64,000 nucleotides of DNA, from sequence record MN695334.1, one strand, 5' to 3'. This document shows, one piece after another, positions 45,455-54,916 of this stretch. Numbering within the stretch: position 1 is the first letter of the stretch; each line of letters begins with the position of its first letter. Under the pieces are notes generated by a model. The model made no database searches and was not told the origin of the DNA. It was given only the letters and a program-made list of their open reading frames with translations. The position numbers and the translations under genes were made by a program.

Positions 45455-46828
45455 ATGAATAATTATTTATCAATCTTTGACCTTGATGGTGTTTTAATTG
45501 AAAGCCGAGAAATGCATTATAATGCATTGAATCAAGCATTAGAGAATGTAGATCCGAAGTTTGTAATATCTAAAGAAGAACATTTGAGTTCTTATGATGG
45601 TTTGCCGACTTCTAGTAAGTTGAGTCTATTGACGGAAAACAAAGGTCTACCTATTGACAAACACCAACAAATATGGGAAGATAAACAGAAAGCAACTATT
45701 GAAATCTTTTCAGAGCTAGAAAATGATTATGAATTAATGAGTTATTTTAAACAACTTAAAAATCATAATTATCGTATTGCGGTTGCGAGTAATAGTATAC
45801 GCAATACTGTAAAGTTAGTTCTTTTAAAATTGGGACTTCTTGAATTTATTGATTATTATGTCAGCAATGAAGATGTCATTAGAAATAAGCCATTTCCTGA
45901 AATGTATTGGAAATGTATGTCTGCTTGTAACTGCATTCCAAAGCACACTGTAATTTTTGAGGATAGTCATATTGGAAGACAAGGTGCCATAGATAGTGGG
46001 GCTCACTTAATTCCAATCGAGAACAGATTTGACTTGAATCAAGCAAAGATCAATAAAATTTTTGATATATTTGAAAATCAATGCGTAACTCACATACCAT
46101 GGAGATCTGAAAAAATGAATGTGCTTATTCCTATGGCTGGAGCCGGTAGTCGATTTGCCGATGCTGGATATACTTTTCCCAAGCCATTGATTGAAGTAAA
46201 TGGGAAACCAATGATTCAAGTGGTTGTGGAGAATCTTAATATTGAGGCAAACTATACTTTTATTGTACAGAAAGAACATTATTTAAAGTATAGTCTACAA
46301 TACCTCTTGAACTTGATTGCGCCAAATTGTAATATTGTTCAGGTGGATCAATTAACTCAAGGTGCAGCATGTACCACATTACTTGCGAGTGAATTTATTG
46401 ATAATGATTCACCACTTCTGATCGCTAACTCTGATCAATTTGTTGAATGGAATAGTAATGAATGTCTCTATGCATTTAGTGCTGACGGTATTGATGGTGG
46501 AATATTAACATTTAAAAATTGCCATCCAAAATGGTCATTTGCTAAAATTGGAAGTGATGGTTTCGTATCTGAAGTAGCAGAAAAAAAACCAATTAGCGAT
46601 AATGCCAGTGTTGGCATCTACTATTGGTCAAGGGGATCTGATTATGTTAAATATGCCCAACAAATGATTAGTAAAGGTATCACAACAAAAAATGAATATT
46701 ATGTATGTCCGGTTTTTAATGAGGCTATCGCAGATGGTAAAAAAATCAGAATGAAGGAAATTCAAAAAATGTGGGGACTCGGAACTCCAGAAGATCTTGA
46801 CTACTTTTTGGAGCATTATAACGCATGA
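45455..46828 (+). CDS. Fused HAD phosphatase and sugar nucleotidyltransferase
   Basis: IFDLDGVL, NKPFPEMY, IFEDS; MNVLIPMAGAGSRF, PKPLI, GLGTPEDL. Confidence 0.88.
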   Translation: MNNYLSIFDLDGVLIESREMHYNALNQALENVDPKFVISKEEHLSSYDGLPTSSKLSLLTENKGLPIDKHQQIWEDKQKATIEIFSELENDYELMSYFKQLKNHNYRIAVASNSIRNTVKLVLLKLGLLEFIDYYVSNEDVIRNKPFPEMYWKCMSACNCIPKHTVIFEDSHIGRQGAIDSGAHLIPIENRFDLNQAKINKIFDIFENQCVTHIPWRSEKMNVLIPMAGAGSRFADAGYTFPKPLIEVNGKPMIQVVVENLNIEANYTFIVQKEHYLKYSLQYLLNLIAPNCNIVQVDQLTQGAACTTLLASEFIDNDSPLLIANSDQFVEWNSNECLYAFSADGIDGGILTFKNCHPKWSFAKIGSDGFVSEVAEKKPISDNASVGIYYWSRGSDYVKYAQQMISKGITTKNEYYVCPVFNEAIADGKKIRMKEIQKMWGLGTPEDLDYFLEHYNA

Positions 46829-47277
46829 AATTGATAGCACATCGTGGTAATGTTCATGGCCCGAAACCAGATCGGGAAAATAGTATTGCTTATATTCAAG
46901 AAGCAATTACTGAAGGATATGATGTTGAAATTGATCTAAGAGTTGAGAACAATAGATGCTATCTTGGGCACGACAATCCTGAATATGTCGTAACTATGGA
47001 CTGGTTGAGAAAATACAAAGAGATTCTTTGGATTCATTGTAAGAATCATGAAGCACTTGAAAAAATTTCTAGTTGTTTTGTGGAATTTAATTACTTTTGG
47101 CACGAAACGGATAGCTATACTATCACCAGTAAAGGTATAGGATGGGTATATCCAGGCAAACAACCATATTCAAAATCTGTTATAGTTATGCCAGAAAATC
47201 TTGGTGGAGACATTAAAATACTTAAGGAGTGTGACTGTTATGGTATTTGTAGTGATTATGTGGGAGAGCTTTTTTAA
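46825..47277 (+). CDS. Glycerophosphodiester phosphodiesterase/PLC-like protein
   Basis: MKLIAHRGN, ENS, DVEID, WIHCKN, GICSDY. Confidence 0.75.
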   Translation: MKLIAHRGNVHGPKPDRENSIAYIQEAITEGYDVEIDLRVENNRCYLGHDNPEYVVTMDWLRKYKEILWIHCKNHEALEKISSCFVEFNYFWHETDSYTITSKGIGWVYPGKQPYSKSVIVMPENLGGDIKILKECDCYGICSDYVGELF

Positions 47278-48215
47278 TGTATAAAAATAAAAAAATGATT
47301 GCCTGTTCCCCAGTCGGAAGAAAGGAATCCATGAAATGTCTTTTTAATCACATGCTGAGACATAAGCAGGTGATTGATGAATATCATCTTTGGGTGAATA
47401 CTGTAGTCCAAGATGATTTGGAGTTCATTCAAGAATTCTATGAATCTAATAAAGATTTTGTTCATCTTAAATATGGATGCGAAGAGCTAGATCCATTACA
47501 AATGGGTAGAGCCAATAACGTTAAACGATTTTATAATTATTGCGTTGAACCTGATACATTTTATTTTAAAATTGACGATGACATCATATTCGTTGAAGAT
47601 GGTACATTTGAGAAGTTAGCCCAGTACAAATTAGATAATCCAGAAACATTTTTAACATATCCAATAATCATTAATAATTATTGGTGTACACATTTTCTTA
47701 GAAAATATGATGCTATTGATGTGCCATCATGTCCAATTTGCGATGGTATTTGGTATGACTTATTCGAACAAAATAGAGAAGCAATAAAAAATACGGATCA
47801 GACATTGAGTGATAATCTAGAAGAACCTAAACCAAGAGACTTTATACCAGAGCAATACTTTTTCAGTCCTTTGTATTGGAGAGATTCACAATTTTCATAT
47901 TCAATTTTGAATGAAACATACAATTATATAAAAGAAAACAAACTTTCAGATTTGGATATTGAAAACATAGTTCTTGATTATGAGCCAGTTTCTATTCAAT
48001 TTATTATGTGGTCTGGTGAAGATTTTGCAAAATTTGATGGTAATGTAAAATCAGTAGGTGATGAACCATGGCTCTCGATGTTTTATCCTATTAAGTATGA
48101 TCTGAAAAATGCAATAGTGGGCAATACGAGAGTTGTTCATTATGCATATTGGCCACAAAGAGATTACCTGAATTCTACGGGTATTCTAGACTTATATGAA
48201 ACCCTTTACTCATAA
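47277..48215 (+). CDS. Glycosyltransferase-like protein
   Basis: PVGRK..MKCL, EYHLWVNT, FKIDDDI (DxD), VVHYAY. Confidence 0.6.
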   Translation: MYKNKKMIACSPVGRKESMKCLFNHMLRHKQVIDEYHLWVNTVVQDDLEFIQEFYESNKDFVHLKYGCEELDPLQMGRANNVKRFYNYCVEPDTFYFKIDDDIIFVEDGTFEKLAQYKLDNPETFLTYPIIINNYWCTHFLRKYDAIDVPSCPICDGIWYDLFEQNREAIKNTDQTLSDNLEEPKPRDFIPEQYFFSPLYWRDSQFSYSILNETYNYIKENKLSDLDIENIVLDYEPVSIQFIMWSGEDFAKFDGNVKSVGDEPWLSMFYPIKYDLKNAIVGNTRVVHYAYWPQRDYLNSTGILDLYETLYS

Positions 48216-48224
48216 TTTAATCTA

Positions 48225-48995
48225 ATGAAAATAGCCTTATGTTTTTCTGGTCAACCCAGATTTGTAAATGAAGTATATAATTATATTCAACAAAATGTAT
48301 GTGATGGATATGATGTTGATGTGTTTATGCATCTTTGGTTTGATGAAGAGCTACAGACTAAACCATACAAATATGGTGGAAATGGTAACTGGGTAGATCA
48401 AAGAATTTCACCTGATGCAATAAAATATGCCGAAGCATTATATTCACCTAAAAAATTAAAAGTTGAGAAAAGTAGAATATTTAGAGACTCCAATATTGTA
48501 ACTGATTATTGTTATGACTTAAACGATAATCTTATTGATTGGACAAAACATTGGAAGGAAAGTCAGGAGCCGGATTACAGAAACAGAATGGTCAATAATT
48601 GGCTGTCTTCATTCTATAGTTTAAATCAAGTTAATATTCTGAAGAAAGAATATGAATATGAGAATGATTTCAAATATGATTTTGTGGTTAGATGCAGAAC
48701 CGATTCTGTTGTACATACGAAAATTGTATATGAACAATACGACCCTCGCGTTGTGTATTATACTGATATATTAAATCAACCTGATGGTATGATTGCTGAT
48801 TATTTAAATCTTGGTGGTTCAAAGGTGATGGATTGCTTTATGAGTACCTTCAATTATATTGACCGTATCTTTGACATATGCAATCAAGATCTTGGAGGAG
48901 CCTGGAGTAATGAAATGCTACATAGAAAGACACTTGATTTTTTTGGAATCCCACATGAATCACGATCAATTGTTATTACTTTACCTAGGTTTTAA
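48225..48995 (+). CDS. Glycosyltransferase-like protein (MKIALCFSGQPR family)
   Basis: MKIALCFSGQPR, DVFMHLW, YDFVVRCRTD. Confidence 0.6.
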   Translation: MKIALCFSGQPRFVNEVYNYIQQNVCDGYDVDVFMHLWFDEELQTKPYKYGGNGNWVDQRISPDAIKYAEALYSPKKLKVEKSRIFRDSNIVTDYCYDLNDNLIDWTKHWKESQEPDYRNRMVNNWLSSFYSLNQVNILKKEYEYENDFKYDFVVRCRTDSVVHTKIVYEQYDPRVVYYTDILNQPDGMIADYLNLGGSKVMDCFMSTFNYIDRIFDICNQDLGGAWSNEMLHRKTLDFFGIPHESRSIVITLPRF

Positions 48996-49073
48996 TTGTG
49001 GGAAATTCTATCTTTGAAGATATATATCTTGTCGAATCTGTATTATTTTATTGTATATTGATATAAAAACTTT

Positions 49074-50081
49074 ATGAAACCCAAAATCATTATCTGGGGA
49101 TTTCCTTTAGATACCCACACACACTCTTATATACATGCTGCTTGGTATAAGACTTTCAAATTTCTTGGTTATGAGACCTATTGGTTTCATGATGGAAACT
49201 ATCCAGAAAATTTTGATTATAAAAATTGCCTTTTTATATCAGAAGAATATGCTGCTAGTAAAATTCCCATCGAGGCTTCTTCGACTTATTTCATACACAA
49301 CGCAATCAATCCATCAAAATATTTGGATAAAGGGGCTCGGTTAATTGATATACGTTTTAATGTATATGGAATTAATGATGTTAATTATAAGCTCAATGTA
49401 AATAAGGCGGAATTAGTTAAGCTTGATGATGTAACTTTTTACAATCCTAAAGCAGATGATAGCGTCTTAGCTGATCAATGGGAGAAGGGAATCTCTGGTT
49501 ATGAAGCAATACATCTAACTTGGGCAACTGATTTACTACCACATGAATTTTATTATGATGATGCATTGATTAAAAGGCATCAAGAATACTATCATGTTGG
49601 ATCTATTATTGGTAGTAACATCAAAGAAATGCAGAAGGTGGTTTCAGCATTACAAAGTTTAAATATCCCATTTGCGCATATTGACCCATGGAGAAATCCA
49701 GTTTCTTTTGAGGATGGTAAAAGATATATGCAATTGTCTAGGCTTTCACTTGATGTACGAGGAACCGAAACCAAGGAAATCGTAAATGGTAAACCTGGAA
49801 ATGGTGGTGATCACAAAAATATTGGATATATTCCATGTAGGACCTTTAAGGCGATTAGTTATGGTAGAATAACCGGAACTAACTCAAAAGCCGTAAAGGA
49901 TGTTTTCGGTGATTACGTAATTTATAATGATGATGAATATCAATTGGTTTATGATATGAACGAAGCAGAAAAAAGAGACAAGGTTCAATTAGTTATCGAA
50001 TCCATGCGATGGGTACAGGAAAATCATACCTATATTAATAGAGTTAATTGTCTTATGCAAGTATATAATCAGGAGCTTTGA
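49074..50081 (+). CDS. GT-B fold glycosyltransferase-like protein
   Basis: IIIWG..L.THTHSYIH, WATDLLP, GYIPCRTFKAISYG, HTYINRV. Confidence 0.7.
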   Translation: MKPKIIIWGFPLDTHTHSYIHAAWYKTFKFLGYETYWFHDGNYPENFDYKNCLFISEEYAASKIPIEASSTYFIHNAINPSKYLDKGARLIDIRFNVYGINDVNYKLNVNKAELVKLDDVTFYNPKADDSVLADQWEKGISGYEAIHLTWATDLLPHEFYYDDALIKRHQEYYHVGSIIGSNIKEMQKVVSALQSLNIPFAHIDPWRNPVSFEDGKRYMQLSRLSLDVRGTETKEIVNGKPGNGGDHKNIGYIPCRTFKAISYGRITGTNSKAVKDVFGDYVIYNDDEYQLVYDMNEAEKRDKVQLVIESMRWVQENHTYINRVNCLMQVYNQEL

Positions 50082-50082
50082 T

Positions 50083-50889
50083 ATGTCAGATATTACGTTA
50101 GTTACTGCCCTTTACGATATTAATCGAGATATATATGGTGATGGCCGAACATTTGAAGAATACCTTGTATGGTTCAGTAAAACTCTAAAAATTACCACTC
50201 CAATGGTAATTTATGTGGATGAATCATTAGTAGATTTTGTGAAAAAAGAAAGAGGGTCTTTACCCACTAAGATTATTACACAATCTCTAGAGGAGGTTCC
50301 GTATTATTCATTAAATGAATCTATTAATAATATTTTAATGTCTGATAATTACAGGCTAAAAATAGATGCGCCCGATAGAATTGAGTGTAAAATGAGTATG
50401 TACAATGTAATTATTTACTCTAAATTCAAATGGGTAGAATTAGCCGTTAAGAATAATTATTTTAATTCTCAATATTTTATGTGGGTGGATGCTGGATTGT
50501 CCAGATTCTTTGGTGGAATCGACAACAATTATCCATCAAAGAATGCGACAGAAACTTTAATTGGGTGTGCGGACCATATTTTAATTCAAACCTCAATGTC
50601 GTATTATCCTGATTTAGTGGAGGCCGAGGGTTGTTCTGGAAAATACTTTTGGGATTCTCGTAGTTGGGTAATGGCTGGACTATGGGGCGGTGGTAATAAA
50701 ATTATGCTAGAATTCTGTAATGAAATTGAAAATATTTTAACACAGAAAATGATCAAAAATAATGTCGTGAACAATGAGCAAATTGCAATGGCGTATTTGT
50801 ATAAAAATAAACCAAATATGTTCATAGAATTTGAAAATTATGCACATATACATCGACAATATGAGTTAATACAGGAGTTAGGTAAATGA
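50083..50889 (+). CDS. HtrL/YibB-like protein
   Basis: TLVTALYDINR, SKFKWV, YFMWVDAG, AGLWGG, NNEQ. Confidence 0.7.
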   Translation: MSDITLVTALYDINRDIYGDGRTFEEYLVWFSKTLKITTPMVIYVDESLVDFVKKERGSLPTKIITQSLEEVPYYSLNESINNILMSDNYRLKIDAPDRIECKMSMYNVIIYSKFKWVELAVKNNYFNSQYFMWVDAGLSRFFGGIDNNYPSKNATETLIGCADHILIQTSMSYYPDLVEAEGCSGKYFWDSRSWVMAGLWGGGNKIMLEFCNEIENILTQKMIKNNVVNNEQIAMAYLYKNKPNMFIEFENYAHIHRQYELIQELGK

Positions 50890-51836
50890 AACTTACATTA
50901 GTTGGACCCGGAATTATGCCGATTCCCCCAAGTGGGTGGGGTGCTGTAGAGATTCTTATTTGGGATACTAAATGTGCACTGGAAAAATTAGGACATGAAG
51001 TACAGATAATCAACACCAAAGATTGTCAACAAATTATCAATGATATTAATAAATTTTCACCCGATTTTGTTCATGTACATTATGATGAATTCATCTCTAT
51101 AGTTCCATATATTCAATACCCAAATGCAATCACAAGTCATTTTGGGTACCTGGAACGACCAGAAATGTTCAATGGTTATGCTAATATTGCAAATGAATTC
51201 GCAAGAATTAAACCAAATATATTTTGTCTTTCTGATGGAATCGAGAAAGTATATAATTTGATGTTTGATATACCCAAAGAAAATACTTATGTTACTCCTA
51301 ATGGAGTAAATACAGCTAGCTTTAAATATAAGGAGATTCCTGAATATCTTGATAGGAGCATTTATCTTGCAAAAATTGATTATCGTAAAAGGCAACATCT
51401 TTTTCAGTCTATTGATAGTCTTTGGTTTGCAGGTAATCTGGCTGATAATAGATTTGACGTAAATAAAAATTATCTTGGGGAATGGAGTAAACCTGATCTG
51501 TATGAGAAACTTACTGATTATGGTAACTTAGTTCTCTTATCCGATGGTGAAGCGCATCCTTTGGTGTGTATGGAGGCTCTTGCGGCAGGTTTAGGTGTAG
51601 TTGTATGTGAATGGGGTAAATCAAATCTAGATGTTGATAAAGATTTTATCACGATCATACCCGAAAAAAAAATTGATGACATTGATTACGTAGAAAAACA
51701 AATTATCGAAAATAGAAAATATTCCGTTAATCATCGCGATGAAATTGTTGAATATTCAAAGCAATTCGACTGGAATAAAATTATAGAAACATACTATATA
51801 CCCAATGTTAAAAAAATAATTGAACGCCATGTATGA
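50886..51836 (+). CDS. GT4-like glycosyltransferase
   Basis: GPGIMPIPP.GWGAVE, TPNGV, LSDGEAHPLV.MEALAAG. Confidence 0.85.
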   Translation: MKLTLVGPGIMPIPPSGWGAVEILIWDTKCALEKLGHEVQIINTKDCQQIINDINKFSPDFVHVHYDEFISIVPYIQYPNAITSHFGYLERPEMFNGYANIANEFARIKPNIFCLSDGIEKVYNLMFDIPKENTYVTPNGVNTASFKYKEIPEYLDRSIYLAKIDYRKRQHLFQSIDSLWFAGNLADNRFDVNKNYLGEWSKPDLYEKLTDYGNLVLLSDGEAHPLVCMEALAAGLGVVVCEWGKSNLDVDKDFITIIPEKKIDDIDYVEKQIIENRKYSVNHRDEIVEYSKQFDWNKIIETYYIPNVKKIIERHV

Positions 51837-52626
51837 TACTATTTTAGAAAAAAATAAATCCATATATAAACTTGACAAATTTGGTCCAATTTATTATATA
51901 AATTTGGATGATCAACCCGAAAGGCGGGAGTATATGGAATCTCAATTTAAGTATTGGGGAATCGATAATTACACTAGAATTTCTGCTTATGATGGCCGAA
52001 ATGATGATTTGAGTGACATCATAAAGGGTAAATACCCCGAGAATGTTTCAGCTTCTGAACTGGGTTGTTTGACTAGTCATCTAAAATCAATCAAACATTG
52101 GTATGATACTAGTGAAACACCATATGCCATCTTCATGGAGGATGATTGTATTATTAATAATGCAAAATATTGGAATTTTACTTGGCAGGAATTTATATGC
52201 CGAGTTCCCTATAATTGGGATTGCTTACAGTTGGCCGTCATAGTTACTGGCGATATACACTTACAAATACACAAACATTATAGTAATGAATTCTCAACTG
52301 CTTGTTATGTTATAACAAGGCGATATGCAAAAAAATTAATCGATCTTCATGTGAAAGATAGTAAATATAGATTAGATCAAGATATTCGACCCAGGGCAGT
52401 TGCTGATGATGTATTATATAATACGGGAGTTACCTACACAGTACCCCTATTTTTGTATGAACTTAAATTAGGATCAACTATACACCCAGATCATATTGAC
52501 ACATTTCATAAAAATTCTTATGAAAGTTTGAGTCAATTTTGGCAAAATAAAGGATCAGAATTGACGGTAGATGCTATTACTGATTATAATCCTTATTTTA
52601 ATAGTATCGTTGGATCTACACAATAA
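51829..52626 (+). CDS. GT25-family glycosyltransferase
   Basis: YYINLD...ERR, RISAYDG, ELGC..SHLK.I, FMEDD, STACY. Confidence 0.85.
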   Translation: MYDTILEKNKSIYKLDKFGPIYYINLDDQPERREYMESQFKYWGIDNYTRISAYDGRNDDLSDIIKGKYPENVSASELGCLTSHLKSIKHWYDTSETPYAIFMEDDCIINNAKYWNFTWQEFICRVPYNWDCLQLAVIVTGDIHLQIHKHYSNEFSTACYVITRRYAKKLIDLHVKDSKYRLDQDIRPRAVADDVLYNTGVTYTVPLFLYELKLGSTIHPDHIDTFHKNSYESLSQFWQNKGSELTVDAITDYNPYFNSIVGSTQ

Positions 52627-52639
52627 ACGCAGCCAGGGG

Positions 52640-52668
52640 TTGACAGATCCTAAATAATCACTTATTAT
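52640..52668 (+). promoter_or_regulatory. Overlapping early and late promoters
   Basis: TTGACA-17 nt-TATTAT with TAAATA (52651-52656) in the spacer. Confidence 0.7.
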
Positions 52669-52671
52669 GCA

Positions 52672-52765
52672 GGTGCCTCGAAATTGAGGCTTGGTGAAAC
52701 GAGAGCTAGGGGTGCTACTCTTTTTAAGAGGAGTTGCGATAGCACCAAAGCCTAGATGTAGAATT
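52672..52765 (+). ncRNA. Candidate structured 5' leader of rlpA
   Basis: GCCTC/GAGGC hairpin; nested CTAGG/CCTAG, GGTGCTA/TAGCACC and CTCTT/AAGAG helices. Confidence 0.5.
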
Positions 52766-52777
52766 CTATTATTTTTA

Positions 52778-53257
52778 ATGCTTTTTAACAACAAAATTTT
52801 AACCTCTATTGTTTGTGGGACTATTGGGGCCACTGCACTGAGCCCTATTCCAACACAAGCTATTTCTGTGACCTCATCTATCGAATCTATGACCGCTCCT
52901 GCGAAAAGTCAAGATTGGTATTTAAAACTCGAAAAAGTGCTTCCAAATTACAAAGCACCTACAGCAAGTGCCCAATATGGTAATGCTAGTTGGTATGGTC
53001 CTGGATTTTATGGAAACCGAACCGCAAATGGTGAAGTTTACCGACCAGGTTCAATGACGGCGGCACACAAATATTTACCTTTTGGTACTAGGGTTCTGGT
53101 CACAAATCTTAACAATGGACGATCTGCTGTTCTTCGAATTAATGATCGTGGTCCATTTTATGGAGGTAGAATTATTGATCTATCCGAAACAGCGGCTGGT
53201 GTCTTGGGGCTTAAAAGTCCTGGAGTCGGTCCAGTTAAAGTAAAGGTTCTAAATTAA
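52778..53257 (+). CDS. rlpA: RlpA-like (DPBB) lytic transglycosylase with N-terminal signal/TM segment
   Basis: GNASWYGPGFYG.RTANGE, TAAHKYLPFGT, RINDRGPF, IIDLS. Confidence 0.9.
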   Translation: MLFNNKILTSIVCGTIGATALSPIPTQAISVTSSIESMTAPAKSQDWYLKLEKVLPNYKAPTASAQYGNASWYGPGFYGNRTANGEVYRPGSMTAAHKYLPFGTRVLVTNLNNGRSAVLRINDRGPFYGGRIIDLSETAAGVLGLKSPGVGPVKVKVLN

Positions 53258-53273
53258 TTTTATAAATATTATA

Positions 53274-53468
53274 ATGACTGTAACAACTAATGAACATGGA
53301 CAACAAAACATGTTTGCCAAGGAACCAGAAATGTATTATGAAGATTATGGTACGGAAACTCCGAACCAAATTAAAGAGAAATACAATGGTCGTTGGGCAA
53401 TGTGTGGAATTGTCTCTGGACTTATTTCATATACTTTAACCGGTAAACTTTTCTTTGGTATTTTCTGA
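53274..53468 (+). CDS. hli: High-light-inducible protein
   Basis: NMFAKEP, EKYNGRWAM chlorophyll-binding motif plus TM helix. Confidence 0.85.
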   Translation: MTVTTNEHGQQNMFAKEPEMYYEDYGTETPNQIKEKYNGRWAMCGIVSGLISYTLTGKLFFGIF

Positions 53469-53562
53469 TAACCCAAGTACTTTTACCATGACAAGTATTG
53501 CCTTTATTGTGCCTTTGGCACATTCTATTAACTTACTTTTTGAAACTTATAGAGGAAAAACA

Positions 53563-53685
53563 ATGAAAAACTTTGGATGGACTGAACAGGCGGAATTAGC
53601 AAACGGAAGACTAGCTATGTGCGCCTTTGTTATTGCTGTCGGCACTTATTTGACTACTGGACAATTAATTCCCGGTATTCTTTGA
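53563..53685 (+). CDS. hli: High-light-inducible protein
   Basis: FGWTEQAELANGRLAM...TGQLIPGI; AGAGG Shine-Dalgarno before ATG 53563. Confidence 0.9.
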   Translation: MKNFGWTEQAELANGRLAMCAFVIAVGTYLTTGQLIPGIL

Positions 53686-53693
53686 TTTCACCT

Positions 53694-53714
53694 GGGGGCT
53701 ATAGCCCCCATTTT
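53694..53714 (+). terminator. Putative terminator hairpin
   Basis: GGGGGCTA/TAGCCCCC followed by ATTTT. Confidence 0.6.
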
Positions 53715-53726
53715 AATTAATCAATA

Positions 53727-54062
53727 ATGGAAAAAAAATGCATCAGATGTAACAATATCAAATCTATTAATAATTTTTCTACGAGTAAGAGAGGAACTCG
53801 TAATGTTTGTAAAGAATGTATAAATTTAAGCAGTAGAATCGTCAATAATTTAAAAAAAACCGCACCACCAAAGCCAGTACCTGAGGTATGTCAGTGTTGC
53901 AGAAAAAAAAGTAAATTAGTATTAGATCATTGCCATGAAACCAGCAAATTCCGAGGCTGGATTTGTCACCAATGCAACATGGCTATAGGTAATTTGGGCG
54001 ATAATATAGCCGGGCTTATGAATGCTGTACTGTATCTTGCGGAATGTCACGAAACTAAATAG
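53727..54062 (+). CDS. Endonuclease VII-like His-Me finger protein
   Basis: CIRC...C..C; CQCC...LDHCH...FRGWICHQCN.AIG.LGDN. Confidence 0.82.
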   Translation: MEKKCIRCNNIKSINNFSTSKRGTRNVCKECINLSSRIVNNLKKTAPPKPVPEVCQCCRKKSKLVLDHCHETSKFRGWICHQCNMAIGNLGDNIAGLMNAVLYLAECHETK

Positions 54063-54082
54063 CTTAAATTGTAACATGTTTG

Positions 54083-54316
54083 ATGATAGGATTCATAACT
54101 GATGATGGTGAATACGGGGTATTTCCGTATAATAAAAAATGGATGGTGATATACCACAATCAACAATTGGAGGTGTTTAATACACCAACTCAATGTAAAA
54201 AATATATCAAAACCCATTCAGCCAGTTTGAAAAATGGCCTAGCAGACCCCACATCAGAAAAAAAACCGACTATGGTAAGACAGACTTCGAATAAACAAAT
54301 CGTAAATAAGAAATAA
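54083..54316 (+). CDS. Hypothetical protein
   Basis: GFITDDGEYGVFPY.KKWMVIY. Confidence 0.6.
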   Translation: MIGFITDDGEYGVFPYNKKWMVIYHNQQLEVFNTPTQCKKYIKTHSASLKNGLADPTSEKKPTMVRQTSNKQIVNKK

Positions 54317-54627
54317 TGATTTCAACTAAAATTCGTCTACAACTTGAAGAAATTTGTGAAAGAATTGAAAATAGAAAAAAAGTCGCCTTGGCTGAAATGG
54401 TTTTAATTGAAAAGTATGCAAAGGCGAATCGAATCGTATTCGACATGCTACAGAGAGCCCGTCGAAGGGCCACCCAGGGGCCAATTCCAGAAGGAGGTCC
54501 AGATGAGTTCTTAGATCAAATGAATCTCGGAAACCCGGACCCAACGACACATATTACTGGTGCTAGTAATATTGATGATATTGTGAATTTTTTTAGAAAT
54601 GATACTGATCACATGAGGAGAGATTGA
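54316..54627 (+). CDS. Conserved cyanophage hypothetical protein
   Basis: MISTKIRLQLE.IC.RI, QARR, D.FL..M.LG.PDP, RRD end. Confidence 0.7.
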   Translation: MISTKIRLQLEEICERIENRKKVALAEMVLIEKYAKANRIVFDMLQRARRRATQGPIPEGGPDEFLDQMNLGNPDPTTHITGASNIDDIVNFFRNDTDHMRRD

Positions 54628-54875
54628 TGTTCACTAATGGTTATTATTTAAGTTTATTTTTTATTTTTTGTTTATTGTGCTATGCCATTGTGGTAGATAA
54701 AAATGTAGGTGAATATATTGTTCTGTCTCTACAACTAATGAAAATTACATTCACAAGATATGTTATGTTGATTAAACTACATCCACATAATCCAATTACA
54801 AATTATATGGCTAGGGTGAGATACTCAAAAATAGCAAAAGACCTACACGCCGAATTAAACAAAAAAACCCCTTGA
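54627..54875 (+). CDS. Small membrane protein
   Basis: N-terminal hydrophobic segment, LHPHNPI. Confidence 0.6.
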   Translation: MFTNGYYLSLFFIFCLLCYAIVVDKNVGEYIVLSLQLMKITFTRYVMLIKLHPHNPITNYMARVRYSKIAKDLHAELNKKTP

Positions 54876-54900
54876 CCAATCTGGGGTCATGTGCTATGAT
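54872..54900 (+). promoter_or_regulatory. Sigma70-type promoter
   Basis: TTGACC-17 nt-TATGAT with extended TG. Confidence 0.75.
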
Positions 54901-54916
54901 ATGGAGAACTTAAAAA

